From contig CAZSWP010000022.1 in the NCBI GenBank assembly GCA_964610875.1, positions 1 through 60,982 of the forward strand: 60,982 bases of DNA, given 5' to 3'. Each line of letters begins with the position of its first letter. Within the stretch, counting starts at the first letter, position 1. Below, piece after piece: positions 21,382-30,902 of this stretch. The position numbers and the translations under genes were made by a program. The notes below the pieces were generated by a model, which saw nothing but the letters and a program-made list of their open reading frames with translations, did not search any database and was not told the origin of the DNA. This DNA comes from an uncultured archaeon. Its GTDB lineage: Archaea > Asgardarchaeota > Thorarchaeia > Thorarchaeales > Thorarchaeaceae.

Positions 21382-22667
21382 CGTACCTTTTGTAGCACTC
21401 TCTCATTCAACCATTCTACATGATTCCCTAATTTTCCAAGCACATCTAGTATTCTTTTTGCTGCAATTTCAGTTTTCTCTGACATTTCCTTAATGGAATA
21501 AGCACCATTGCAATATTGCCAACATTCATTGACAATGTCAAAGCTCTTCTTAGGTATTCCTATGACTTCAAGATATGCTGCAAAACGCTCATCACGCTCT
21601 CCAAGAACGGGGTATAATTTGCATACTTTTACATAGCCTCGAGCAATTAGATGTGCAATCGCTTCAGTGATTTTTGTTTTTGAAAGTCCTGTAGTTTCTT
21701 GAATTTCAAGAATCGTCCTTTTATTGTTGATGAGTTTTGTTACTTCAACAATACTCGAACTAATGTCATCAGTTACATCAGTGAAGTTCGCTCGTGTATC
21801 AGATAATATCTCAGAGATATCCGCTAACGCAACAAGAATATCATAGTCATAGAACCCTGTTACCTCTTCTGTTCCAATTGGGTTGATACGTTTTATTGCA
21901 GTGAAATCAGCACCATCCACGTGTTTCAACAATGGTTGAACATCTTTCAAATGTTCTTCATTATCCTTGCCTGCACGAACGATGAATATGACATACCCTA
22001 TTTCAGGCTTTGGAACAATGAAGAATGATGTGACTGGATCTAGACTAGTATGTACTACTTTGAAAGGTTCTGCTTTGTTACGATCACTTACCATTTTTAT
22101 TTGATCTAAAACTGCTTCCAACTCGTATGCTCTCAGATTCGATGCAACAATGTAACCATCATTTGTAAGAAGAGCAGATCTGAATACATCATGATTTGAC
22201 TCAGTGGCCGCCATTGCCACTTTCAATTCATTAAGTTTGACCAATGGAATGAGAGCTGTTTCATATCTTCGTGCTAATCCTGGTATGCCATTGAATTTTT
22301 GCAAAGTTGTTTCTACTATATCTGTGAATGAATAGAAATCTCTAGGGGTTACAACATTCTTCATCAATTCTGAATAAAATCTACCCACAAATTGGTCTGA
22401 TAATTCTCGTAAGATGGCTTTGTATATTTCAGGACTATCCTCTTTTGCAACAAGTGCAATAAAAAACAAGTCACCTTTTGTTTCCCAAACGAATTTGCTA
22501 TTTGCAAAAGACATTCCTCGAATTTGTTGATCTGAAACTTGCTGTGCCATTGAACCCATGGCTGAAAGAAATCCTGCAACAAGCTCGTCAAGTTTCTTCT
22601 CTCCACTAACACTGTAGTGGTAGAGAGGAAGACCTGAGTCTCTCATAATTACGATTTCTTTTACCAA
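21378..22667 (-). CDS. Longin + roadblock-like + tandem winged-helix protein (NPRL2-like)
   Basis: Longin start IVIMRDSGLPLYHY...LVAGFLSAM; central SALLTNDGYIVASNL (roadblock-type); two C-terminal wHTH-like repeats; 4-nt overlap with MinD. Confidence 0.75.
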   Translation of the reverse strand: MVKEIVIMRDSGLPLYHYSVSGEKKLDELVAGFLSAMGSMAQQVSDQQIRGMSFANSKFVWETKGDLFFIALVAKEDSPEIYKAILRELSDQFVGRFYSELMKNVVTPRDFYSFTDIVETTLQKFNGIPGLARRYETALIPLVKLNELKVAMAATESNHDVFRSALLTNDGYIVASNLRAYELEAVLDQIKMVSDRNKAEPFKVVHTSLDPVTSFFIVPKPEIGYVIFIVRAGKDNEEHLKDVQPLLKHVDGADFTAIKRINPIGTEEVTGFYDYDILVALADISEILSDTRANFTDVTDDISSSIVEVTKLINNKRTILEIQETTGLSKTKITEAIAHLIARGYVKVCKLYPVLGERDERFAAYLEVIGIPKKSFDIVNECWQYCNGAYSIKEMSEKTEIAAKRILDVLGKLGNHVEWLNERVLQKVR

Positions 22668-22762
22668 GTGATGACACCCCTGGAATTAGCACTCAGAGCA
22701 TTGAATATCTGTACCAAGATTGCCTCTTATACCTTCACTCTGTGCGATATTGTTGTGTATGA

Positions 22763-23689
22763 CTAAAATGATGTGACCTTTTGTAGTTGCCACTCTACCT
22801 CATCACCAAGCTTTACTAGAACCTCATATAATCGATCTGCAGTAACATTGATTCTCTCACTGATAGCAATGACTGAATTTGAACCATTACATAATAGTTT
22901 AGCTCGTTCCAAAAGCTGGTAATCCTTTTGGGGTAGTCCAATTATATCAAGAAATGCATCAAACCTTGCATCGTTTTCTTTTAAGACCGGACACAGCTTA
23001 GCGATCTCTAGCACTCCCCATATCGCTAGATATTCAATTATTTCCGATATCTCATCAACTTCGAGCCCAAGGTCTTCACTCATTTTTGTAATGGAGGAAT
23101 TACCATCAATGGCTTCTAAAACTCTATTCCCTGGTCCTCCGAAATCTCTATGAAATTCATCTATGAGCCCTTCTGATTTCACTGCTATGTCCATTAGTTC
23201 TTTATTAAGAATTGGTACAACATATGCACTGAGGTTTGATGTAATCATCATCACACCTTCGTAGTAATTAAAAGCACGTTCTACTTCAAAGGCAAAATCC
23301 TTGAAGTCTTCTTCAACTAAAATTGATGATTTCAGTTGACGATCATACCGCAGAAGGAACTTTCGACTTAGATCCTTGAGAACAGCTCTCAGCACTTTCT
23401 TTTGAGTACCAGTGTCCACAAGGAAGATGAATATAGCTTCTTCTTCGGTCTGCTCATAAAGAAGCTCACTTCCCTCAAAAGATAAGCTTTGAATACTACG
23501 TTCACCAAATTCCGATGCAAAACTTGTAATCGCTGTAAGAAAGCCGCTGAGCAATTCATCTAGTTTACGAGTGTGTTCTCGTGAATAGTGGAATATGGGT
23601 ACACCTCCACTACTGAGAACCATGAATTCCTGGACACGAAGTCTATTTCTCAAACTAGATTTCTCCGATTTAGGTTCGGAATATTTCAC
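22763..23689 (-). CDS. Longin + tandem winged-helix protein (NPRL2-like), paralogue of 21378-22667
   Basis: VLSSGGVPIFHYS...LLSGFLTAITSFA longin motif; VLEAIDGNSSITKMS and LCNGSNSVIAIS wHTH repeats. Confidence 0.78.
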   Translation of the reverse strand: MKYSEPKSEKSSLRNRLRVQEFMVLSSGGVPIFHYSREHTRKLDELLSGFLTAITSFASEFGERSIQSLSFEGSELLYEQTEEEAIFIFLVDTGTQKKVLRAVLKDLSRKFLLRYDRQLKSSILVEEDFKDFAFEVERAFNYYEGVMMITSNLSAYVVPILNKELMDIAVKSEGLIDEFHRDFGGPGNRVLEAIDGNSSITKMSEDLGLEVDEISEIIEYLAIWGVLEIAKLCPVLKENDARFDAFLDIIGLPQKDYQLLERAKLLCNGSNSVIAISERINVTADRLYEVLVKLGDEVEWQLQKVTSF

Positions 23690-23738
23690 AATTTAACCTT
23701 GTAGTAGCTTTATCCTCATTGTTTTATATACAAACGAA

Positions 23739-25379
23739 ATGTCCATATTGGAATTAGGTCGAGTCAAGACCTGTCAGGTGTTCGCATTGCTGGAGTATAG
23801 AGAATTTCCAATCAAAACAGCAGTATTTTATCTCTTGCAGGCTTTTTCATTGGCTTATTATCTTCGTGTTATATTTCAGATGATTAGGGGTGAAATAGTA
23901 TCTGAGAGTTTGGGCAGTATAGGTTTGCTTGGACTCGGGTTTGCTACTGCTGCAGTTCTGGTATTTGTATCTGGATTTGTGGCTGATCGACTTAGAAAAA
24001 ATGAAATAATCATACTTCTTTGTGGAATTGTTCCACCTTTACTAGGACTTCTGGTCCAAATCTTGGGGTCGCCTAGTTTTCTATCTCCGTATATCGAAAT
24101 GATATGGATTTTCTCCGTAACCTGTGGTCTTGTATTCTTGATTATCAATTGGACCGTGATGTTGAATAGAACGGTTGTTGTGAGATTTCGTGGTAGAATT
24201 TCAGCTATTTTCATTGTTCTAATTTTATCCATATTCACATTGTATAATCTTATTGAAAACGCAGGACTGTTATCAGTAGGTATTTTTAGATTTCTACCAG
24301 AACTTCTAACAATAATGATTGTCTCATCTACTGCCAGCTTCAGGTCTTGGAGATGGGGCCGATATCCTCTAGCTGTTCATGGCAACTTCAAAGGTTACTT
24401 TGTACCTCTATTCTTTTTGCTCGCTGCTCACATACTTTGGTTCTATGGAACATATCTTGATATCCTAGCTGAGTTCATAGTAGCTGGTAGAGGTGGCGAA
24501 TTTATTTCTCTTGGTCAGTATACTGGCCTGACATTATATGAACCAATATTTCTGGCGATTGGTGCTCTATTCTCTGGTTCACTCTCAGATATCCGAGGAA
24601 GAAAAACCGTTTTCAGTTCGTCTGTTTTCATGCTAGGAATGTTAGCAATCTTTTCATCAACTCTATATGGTACATATGCTGGTTCATTCTACTTCTATGC
24701 AGAACTACTTCTTTTCTTTGAACGATTTGTTGAAGGATTCATACTCGGTTTCGCTGTCCTCTTGATTTGGACGGAACTAGGTAGTCCGAAAGACAAAGGG
24801 AAACGTATGGCATTTGTACTTCTCTTCTTCATGGGCTATGCTATCTTATTCATAGGATTGGAATTACGAGTCTTTGGTCTCTTTCCTCCTGAAGAGATTG
24901 TTTTATTCGGCTCACAGGTGGCCGTTGTATTATCTCTGGTTGCACTATATCTTAGTGGCAATGTCCCTGAAATTCTAGGAAGAGAGATTGAAATGGAAGA
25001 ACTCGAACTTGAGTTCGATGAAAAACTTGTTGAAGAAACAGTAGATGCATTTGTTGGACAAGAAGATTTCGATTCAATAAAGAGTCAAGTGGATATTATC
25101 GACACCACTCAAGATCTAAGTGACAAGGATTTGAGCGATATACTTGGTGAAGACTTTCAAGAGATGCTTCCTATGAGAAGAATTCCTGGAATAGGTCCCA
25201 AGTTGGAAGAGAGTCTCAAAAAAGCGGGTTACAAATCTGCAGCTCAACTTGCTGGTGAAAATGCTGCAAGATTGTCTTCTAAGATAGATGGTCTCAGTAA
25301 GCAACGTGCTGAAAAAATTCTAGCTGATGCACGTGAACTTGTGAAACAGACTCTAAAAAAGGGAACATCTCAATCCTAA
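23739..25379 (+). CDS. MFS-like transporter fused to C-terminal helix-hairpin-helix domain
   Basis: MFS motif A-like SGFVADRLRK and GSLSDIRGRK; C-terminal IPGIGPKLEESLKKAGY...IDGLSKQRAEKI. Confidence 0.78.
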   Translation: MSILELGRVKTCQVFALLEYREFPIKTAVFYLLQAFSLAYYLRVIFQMIRGEIVSESLGSIGLLGLGFATAAVLVFVSGFVADRLRKNEIIILLCGIVPPLLGLLVQILGSPSFLSPYIEMIWIFSVTCGLVFLIINWTVMLNRTVVVRFRGRISAIFIVLILSIFTLYNLIENAGLLSVGIFRFLPELLTIMIVSSTASFRSWRWGRYPLAVHGNFKGYFVPLFFLLAAHILWFYGTYLDILAEFIVAGRGGEFISLGQYTGLTLYEPIFLAIGALFSGSLSDIRGRKTVFSSSVFMLGMLAIFSSTLYGTYAGSFYFYAELLLFFERFVEGFILGFAVLLIWTELGSPKDKGKRMAFVLLFFMGYAILFIGLELRVFGLFPPEEIVLFGSQVAVVLSLVALYLSGNVPEILGREIEMEELELEFDEKLVEETVDAFVGQEDFDSIKSQVDIIDTTQDLSDKDLSDILGEDFQEMLPMRRIPGIGPKLEESLKKAGYKSAAQLAGENAARLSSKIDGLSKQRAEKILADARELVKQTLKKGTSQS

Positions 25380-26236
25380 TATTCGTCGCTGAGATGTTTC
25401 ATTACCTTTAGTTTGCCGTCTGAACTATGTGGAGTCCTAAGCACTGTATCGTTGGATTTTTCTATCTCACGTGCTCTGTCTGCAAGCTTAGACGCTGCGC
25501 GAATCATCTCGTGTGCTGCTGAAACTAATTTCATATAACGTGCAGGATTGGCTTCTTTAAAACAAGCTTCTGTAGTTATCGAGCTCACATTCTCAGCTAT
25601 TCTTGCAGCTGCATAGGCTTTTGCTTCTGCATAGGGATTTGAGAATTCAGCAGCAGCTATCGCTGTATCTACATCAAGAATGACTTTCGGAAGGGTGAGT
25701 GCATTTCCTATCTTCAATTCATCTAATACAAGATCTATGGTTGTGTGCATGTATCTGATAAACCCACATGTTGATAAGACGGAGAGTACATGGCTATTGA
25801 AGATAACCATCTCTGTGGGATCAAGGAATGCTTTTCTAGCACCAATCATTGGATCTGCTGAAACTAGAATGAACCCAAGCTTCTCCTCAGTGTTTGTGGT
25901 TTTATCCTTATTGAAAAACGCCTTCTTTGCAGGTATATCACTGATGACAATAGTTGGCACATATGCATCAAGTATTCTATTTCTTACTAAAGTTGGTCCT
26001 GGTAATGATGCATTGGGTGAAATAACCAATGCAATGTCACAATCTTGTTCTAAGACAATGTCTCCAATCTTTGAACAGGTCTTTTCGTCTAGTTTGGAAC
26101 CTGAACCAAATGTTCTAACAGTAATATCTGAACGACTAGCTCTCTCATCTAGAATGAATTCAAATAATGGACTGCTTCCAATACATCCTAGTTTGATTAT
26201 TGCTATACAGAGATGTTCCTTTTCCATGCAAACCAC
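25376..26236 (-). CDS. mtd: F420-dependent methylene-H4MPT dehydrogenase
   Basis: KLGCIG, LDERA, SPNASLPGP, DPMIGAR..FLDPTEM, FSNPYA.AKA, AHEM, EIEKSNDTVLRTPH. Confidence 0.93.
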   Translation of the reverse strand: MVCMEKEHLCIAIIKLGCIGSSPLFEFILDERASRSDITVRTFGSGSKLDEKTCSKIGDIVLEQDCDIALVISPNASLPGPTLVRNRILDAYVPTIVISDIPAKKAFFNKDKTTNTEEKLGFILVSADPMIGARKAFLDPTEMVIFNSHVLSVLSTCGFIRYMHTTIDLVLDELKIGNALTLPKVILDVDTAIAAAEFSNPYAEAKAYAAARIAENVSSITTEACFKEANPARYMKLVSAAHEMIRAASKLADRAREIEKSNDTVLRTPHSSDGKLKVMKHLSDEY

Positions 26237-26266
26237 TTCGGTTGGTGAATAAGTAGTTAGTGAAAA

Positions 26267-27211
26267 TCATTTTGGTTTTTTGAAATCCTTTTTTCTTTCT
26301 TCAATTGCTTCATAAGCAATTCCTGTTCCTGCCAGAAGATCTGTTCCTATTAGATACTTTCCACACATACCACATGTTAGAACGATTTTTGGTTGTTCAC
26401 TAGCCAGTCCACAATCATTACACAACATCTCTATGGCTGTAACAGAAAGATCCGATACTTTTAGAGAGCTTTTACAATGTTGACATGACACCTCTGTCAA
26501 ATTGTCTACCAATACTGCATGGAATTGATGACTACACTCAGGACAGAACAAAGTGTAAACTTTGTGGATATTATCGGACTTACATTCATTGCATTGAAGG
26601 CCTATTATAACGTCTGATGAACCACATTGCCTACATTCAATTCTTCTTCCATACGTCTTTGCTGATATCATACCAACATTCTCAAGGTCCTGTAGAATCC
26701 TCTTGACTTCATTTCTGTCGGAACCTAGATACTGGGAGGCATCTGGATAGAAATCAGTACCCTCGAGTAGATATTTGGGCGCTAATCTTTCGATTCTCCC
26801 ATCATAGAGGTCTTGAAGTAGTCGTTTTATGTTCGGATTCGTAAGAAGGCTTTCACCCGTGGTTTCATCAATCAATTCGACTAGCGCTTCGTATGCTTTC
26901 TTGATCTCTTCATCCCATGATTGTGAGTTAAAATCAATAGCTTCAGCAATTCTGACTATGTTTCTTTCAATCACTTTCGGGTCTTCGTCATCATGAAGAA
27001 GTACAGCTATACAATTAGGTCGTTCCATTATTGAAACAATCAAACCAATAGGTATCTTTGTGTATCCAATTTTTGCCTTCTGTTTAGAACCATGACTCAT
27101 GAAAATTGTCAATGCATCTGATTCTGAGAGTTGAATAGATTCTGGATATGCACGTCCAACTAGTGGTCCTAATCTATCATCCCACCAGATGGCAAACATT
27201 GCTTGTGGCAT
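26267..27211 (-). CDS. uDENN/longin-like domain fused to wHTH + multi-CxxC zinc-ribbon (TackOD1-like) domain
   Basis: WWDDRLGPLVGRAYPE at N-terminus; six CxxC pairs after VKRILQDLENVGMI. Confidence 0.7.
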   Translation of the reverse strand: MPQAMFAIWWDDRLGPLVGRAYPESIQLSESDALTIFMSHGSKQKAKIGYTKIPIGLIVSIMERPNCIAVLLHDDEDPKVIERNIVRIAEAIDFNSQSWDEEIKKAYEALVELIDETTGESLLTNPNIKRLLQDLYDGRIERLAPKYLLEGTDFYPDASQYLGSDRNEVKRILQDLENVGMISAKTYGRRIECRQCGSSDVIIGLQCNECKSDNIHKVYTLFCPECSHQFHAVLVDNLTEVSCQHCKSSLKVSDLSVTAIEMLCNDCGLASEQPKIVLTCGMCGKYLIGTDLLAGTGIAYEAIEERKKDFKKPK

Positions 27212-27415
27212 TGTTACTATCCCTCGGGAGTATTAGGTATCAAAATATCTATTCTACTTAATAGGATTCGTCTGATGAATGAGAATCATATGTATATATC
27301 CTCTACTACAGAGTCTACAAAATCGTCATTTATGGGTCAACCGTTCATGCACCGAAGAGTATAAAACCGTGATTCAAAGTTCGAGCGGCTAAGAGCATAG
27401 CTTTGATGCCGTAGG

Positions 27416-29173
27416 GTGCATGGAATGGTCTCACATCAAAAGAAACGCATCATGTTTGGAATACTAATTGTCTGGTTAGTCCTCTCTCCAATAACAGCAA
27501 ATTTGTTGGATATGAATTCTATACCGGCAAGAAGTGATGATTTTGTTATTGCTGAAATATCAATAACCAGTCCAGATGACATAACATTTGAAAATGGTTC
27601 TCTGGGAGAAGAAATAACATGGAACGCTACAACCGCTGATCCCAAGAATTACACAATAACACGCAACAGTGAGACCTACAGATCTAGCTCTTGGGATGGG
27701 AGTCTTCTCACGGTCAATTTGAATCACCTATATTCAGAAAACCTTACTCACACATTGCCTGTGACATTCACATTTGTTTGCACTGTATTCAATGAACTTA
27801 ATGAATCTGTATTTGACTCTGTTGAAGTCGAGGTGATTGCAGATGACAACCCACCAATTTTTGAGAATGTTTCTTATGATGCCGAGTATGAAGTTGGCAG
27901 TTTCGGACACACAGTCACATGGAATATTACTGAAACAAATCCCGATTTCTATAATATAACACGTACATCTAACGAAACAACAAGTAATGACACAATCATT
28001 GAATTTGGCGATTGGGATGGTTCAAACATCACTATTAATGTGGACGGCTTGAATGCCTCACATTGGTATGCATTTACGCTATTTCTAAACGATACATTAG
28101 GTCATAACGCAACAAATACTGTAAACATCAGCGTCTATCAAGACCTCACTGTACCTACTATCACATCTCCGGATGACGTTTTCTATGAGTTTGGGGCTGA
28201 TGACAACCAAATCATATGGACAGTTTATGATAGCAATCCTGCCAACTATAGTCTTGAAGTGTTGATTCTTTACAATGACACAACCTACGGAAATCTTTCT
28301 ACGGTGCATGCACCTCCAGGTAACATAACCCAAACAGAATGGTCTCTTACTAATCCTAAAGGAGATAACATTACTTTCATCGTTGATGATCTCTATCTAG
28401 GTAACTATACTTTTACTCTCATATTATTCGATCAATTTGGATACAATGCGAGTGATAGTGTGAATGTGTCTATTTATCGTGACGAGAGAGCTCCAGTGAT
28501 TACAGGTCTAGACGAATTCTCCTACGAAGAGGGTTACACTAGTTACTCATTAAATTGGTCAGCAGAAGAAAATAACCCCATGTTCTACAATCTCACTCGT
28601 GATGGAGAACAGTTGATGAATGGGACATGGAGAGGAGAAAACATCACAATCGTAGTTGATGGTCTTGCAGTGGGGGACTATCTATACAACATTTCATTCA
28701 CTGACTTTTTCAATCAATCGAGTTATCTGGTCACAACACTCACTGTCACTCCTGATACTCATAATCCGATAGTAAATGAAGTCCATGTCCTTCAATCATA
28801 TACAACTGTTATCACGAATAATCTGTCTGTGAGTGCATATGTATGGGATTTGAACAACCTCTCAAGCATTACCATCGAATGGTATGTAAATAATGAAACT
28901 GAAATTCAAGAGATGAATATGACTGCTCAAGGTAGTGACCTATATTTAACGGCAATAGGTGAATTTCAACATAATGATGTTGTCAATTACAGAGTGATTG
29001 CTGTAGATAATTCCTCTGTCAATCTTGTGACGACAACCGAGTGGTTTGAGTATAGAGTGTCACCTATGAGAACTGAAGGTACTCCTGCATGGTTATGGGG
29101 ATTGACACTGGTGGTAGGTGCTCTTGCATCACTGGTTCTTTTAGTTCTGTACTTCAGAACCAGAACCAAGTAA
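27416..29173 (+). CDS. Surface glycoprotein with tandem Ig-like repeats and C-terminal membrane anchor
   Basis: Signal peptide; about 4 repeats of P.I..PDD..YE.G....I.W...D.NP..Y; many N-x-S/T sequons; C-terminal TM + RTRTK. Confidence 0.85.
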   Translation: MHGMVSHQKKRIMFGILIVWLVLSPITANLLDMNSIPARSDDFVIAEISITSPDDITFENGSLGEEITWNATTADPKNYTITRNSETYRSSSWDGSLLTVNLNHLYSENLTHTLPVTFTFVCTVFNELNESVFDSVEVEVIADDNPPIFENVSYDAEYEVGSFGHTVTWNITETNPDFYNITRTSNETTSNDTIIEFGDWDGSNITINVDGLNASHWYAFTLFLNDTLGHNATNTVNISVYQDLTVPTITSPDDVFYEFGADDNQIIWTVYDSNPANYSLEVLILYNDTTYGNLSTVHAPPGNITQTEWSLTNPKGDNITFIVDDLYLGNYTFTLILFDQFGYNASDSVNVSIYRDERAPVITGLDEFSYEEGYTSYSLNWSAEENNPMFYNLTRDGEQLMNGTWRGENITIVVDGLAVGDYLYNISFTDFFNQSSYLVTTLTVTPDTHNPIVNEVHVLQSYTTVITNNLSVSAYVWDLNNLSSITIEWYVNNETEIQEMNMTAQGSDLYLTAIGEFQHNDVVNYRVIAVDNSSVNLVTTTEWFEYRVSPMRTEGTPAWLWGLTLVVGALASLVLLVLYFRTRTK

Positions 29174-29184
29174 ATTTGGAAGTA

Positions 29185-29697
29185 TCACTGCTCAAGCAGA
29201 GTGGCTGATACTTCTTCATGTATTTTCTCTCTATTTTCATAAGTAAGATGAACTAATCTGACATCGTTACGTTCTCTTATTCTATTCAAGAATGGTATAT
29301 TTCTCATCTGAATCGTGCCAAGTACACGTTTTACATCCAAGCACTTGATAACTTCATCTTTGAATCTGGGTGATTTGAGTTCCATTGCGGCGATTTCATC
29401 TATCACGATGATACCTGGCTTTTTCTTTGCAAGTTGGAGTGATGATACCGCGTAACTATCAATATTTTCAACACTTACTCCGTATTTTCCAACTCTATGC
29501 TGTTTGGGTAAGTCAACATGGGCAAGGATACCTTCTCTATTGTCAAGTGTTATCAACATGAAACCTACTCGTCTTCCCGCTTCTCTAATCTCTCTTGAGA
29601 AGAACCCTCCTGCACATTTATCTCCCAATCGTTGAATGATTTTATGGATTGCGGTTGTCTTTCCGATTCCTGGTGAACCAGTAAGTAAGAAATTCAT
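29185..29697 (-). CDS. THEP1/NTPase_1 family nucleoside triphosphatase
   Basis: LTGSPGIGKTT, GFFSREIRE.GRRVGF, VGKYGV, VIDEIAAME. Confidence 0.9.
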   Translation of the reverse strand: MNFLLTGSPGIGKTTAIHKIIQRLGDKCAGGFFSREIREAGRRVGFMLITLDNREGILAHVDLPKQHRVGKYGVSVENIDSYAVSSLQLAKKKPGIIVIDEIAAMELKSPRFKDEVIKCLDVKRVLGTIQMRNIPFLNRIRERNDVRLVHLTYENREKIHEEVSATLLEQ

Positions 29698-29721
29698 AAT
29701 CCTCTCTCTGTTTGAAGTTTA

Positions 29722-30783
29722 CTATCGATCTCTATAATGTTTAGTGGCTTTCAATCTAGCAATATTGTCTATTCGACGGATAGATTTCTCATCTAGCTCT
29801 TCTGCGATAATATATCCGTTCTTTAGTGCCATGTCAAACAGATTCTCTCCAAGAGAAGTCCTAACAATAGTTGTCGTCCAATCGTCATCTGAACCAATAT
29901 TCCCAAGGGATATGTCAGCAGACTTGCAAGTCAAATCATAACATGTAGCACATGAAGATGCTGCACAATTATCAAGATCTGATATAGGACATGTGCGGTC
30001 TTCACTATCCAATTTTACAGTGAACTCTCCTCCAGAGATTGCCATATGTGTCACATCGGAGATATCTATTTCATGGGACTTCAAGAAACTCTCTAATTTG
30101 ATATAATCAAATGACTCCATGCAGAAGAGACCTAACTTAGCAACTGTGATTCCATCTGCCAAATTAAGAAAACCAGCTGGATGGTTTTGTAATCTTTGTA
30201 TAGCATCAATGTTGCATGAAGTACCTGTCACAGCTAATGAGTTGAAATCTTGTTTAATTCCCCTTAGGACTTCTTCAACAATAGGCGCATGTGTGTATAC
30301 GGTTCCCCCAGACGACTCAATCTGCTCTTTCGTCTTAGCAATTGATGCTCTGGGTAGCCACCTTTTTTCTTGATCATGATGAACTACAACTGCACCTTCG
30401 ATCATATCTTGTTCAATCGCAGCAATAAGAAGAGCTGTAGCCACACCTCCATCTTGCTTCCTACCTCCAACTATCTTTGATTTTGCCTTGTATATTTTCA
30501 GGTACTTGCCAATCAAGTCTTCACGCAGTGACAGTGTTCTTGGACACATAGCGTAACATGTTCCACATGCAATACATTTTCCAACAAGAATCGGGATATA
30601 CTTCTCCGAGTTATCCTTGGGTGCAAGTACTTGAACTGGGCAACTGGAAACACAAGTTCCACATTCTGTGCAAACACCAGTTGAAATTATCTCCTTCTCG
30701 AGACGTTTGAATGCGTATCTTCGAGTATTCTCTTTAAGCCATTCTTGTGACATATTTTGAATTGCTTGAACATCACGCTTCAT
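29722..30783 (-). CDS. F420 hydrogenase/dehydrogenase beta-subunit family (FrhB/FdhB-like) with N-terminal 2x[4Fe-4S]
   Basis: CTECGTCVSSCP, CIACGTCYAMCP, QDGGVATALL, GLFCMESF, CATC.D....ADISLGNIGS. Confidence 0.9.
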   Translation of the reverse strand: MKRDVQAIQNMSQEWLKENTRRYAFKRLEKEIISTGVCTECGTCVSSCPVQVLAPKDNSEKYIPILVGKCIACGTCYAMCPRTLSLREDLIGKYLKIYKAKSKIVGGRKQDGGVATALLIAAIEQDMIEGAVVVHHDQEKRWLPRASIAKTKEQIESSGGTVYTHAPIVEEVLRGIKQDFNSLAVTGTSCNIDAIQRLQNHPAGFLNLADGITVAKLGLFCMESFDYIKLESFLKSHEIDISDVTHMAISGGEFTVKLDSEDRTCPISDLDNCAASSCATCYDLTCKSADISLGNIGSDDDWTTTIVRTSLGENLFDMALKNGYIIAEELDEKSIRRIDNIARLKATKHYRDR

Positions 30784-30902
30784 TGAGGTTCACAACTAAC
30801 ACTCAATTCTCCACTATTTAGTAATACCGACTAAAAGCAAAGCTATATCATATCGCATCCTAGTTTCATTAAGAGTTACAGAGAGAAGATTTGGTGAGAT
30901 GA

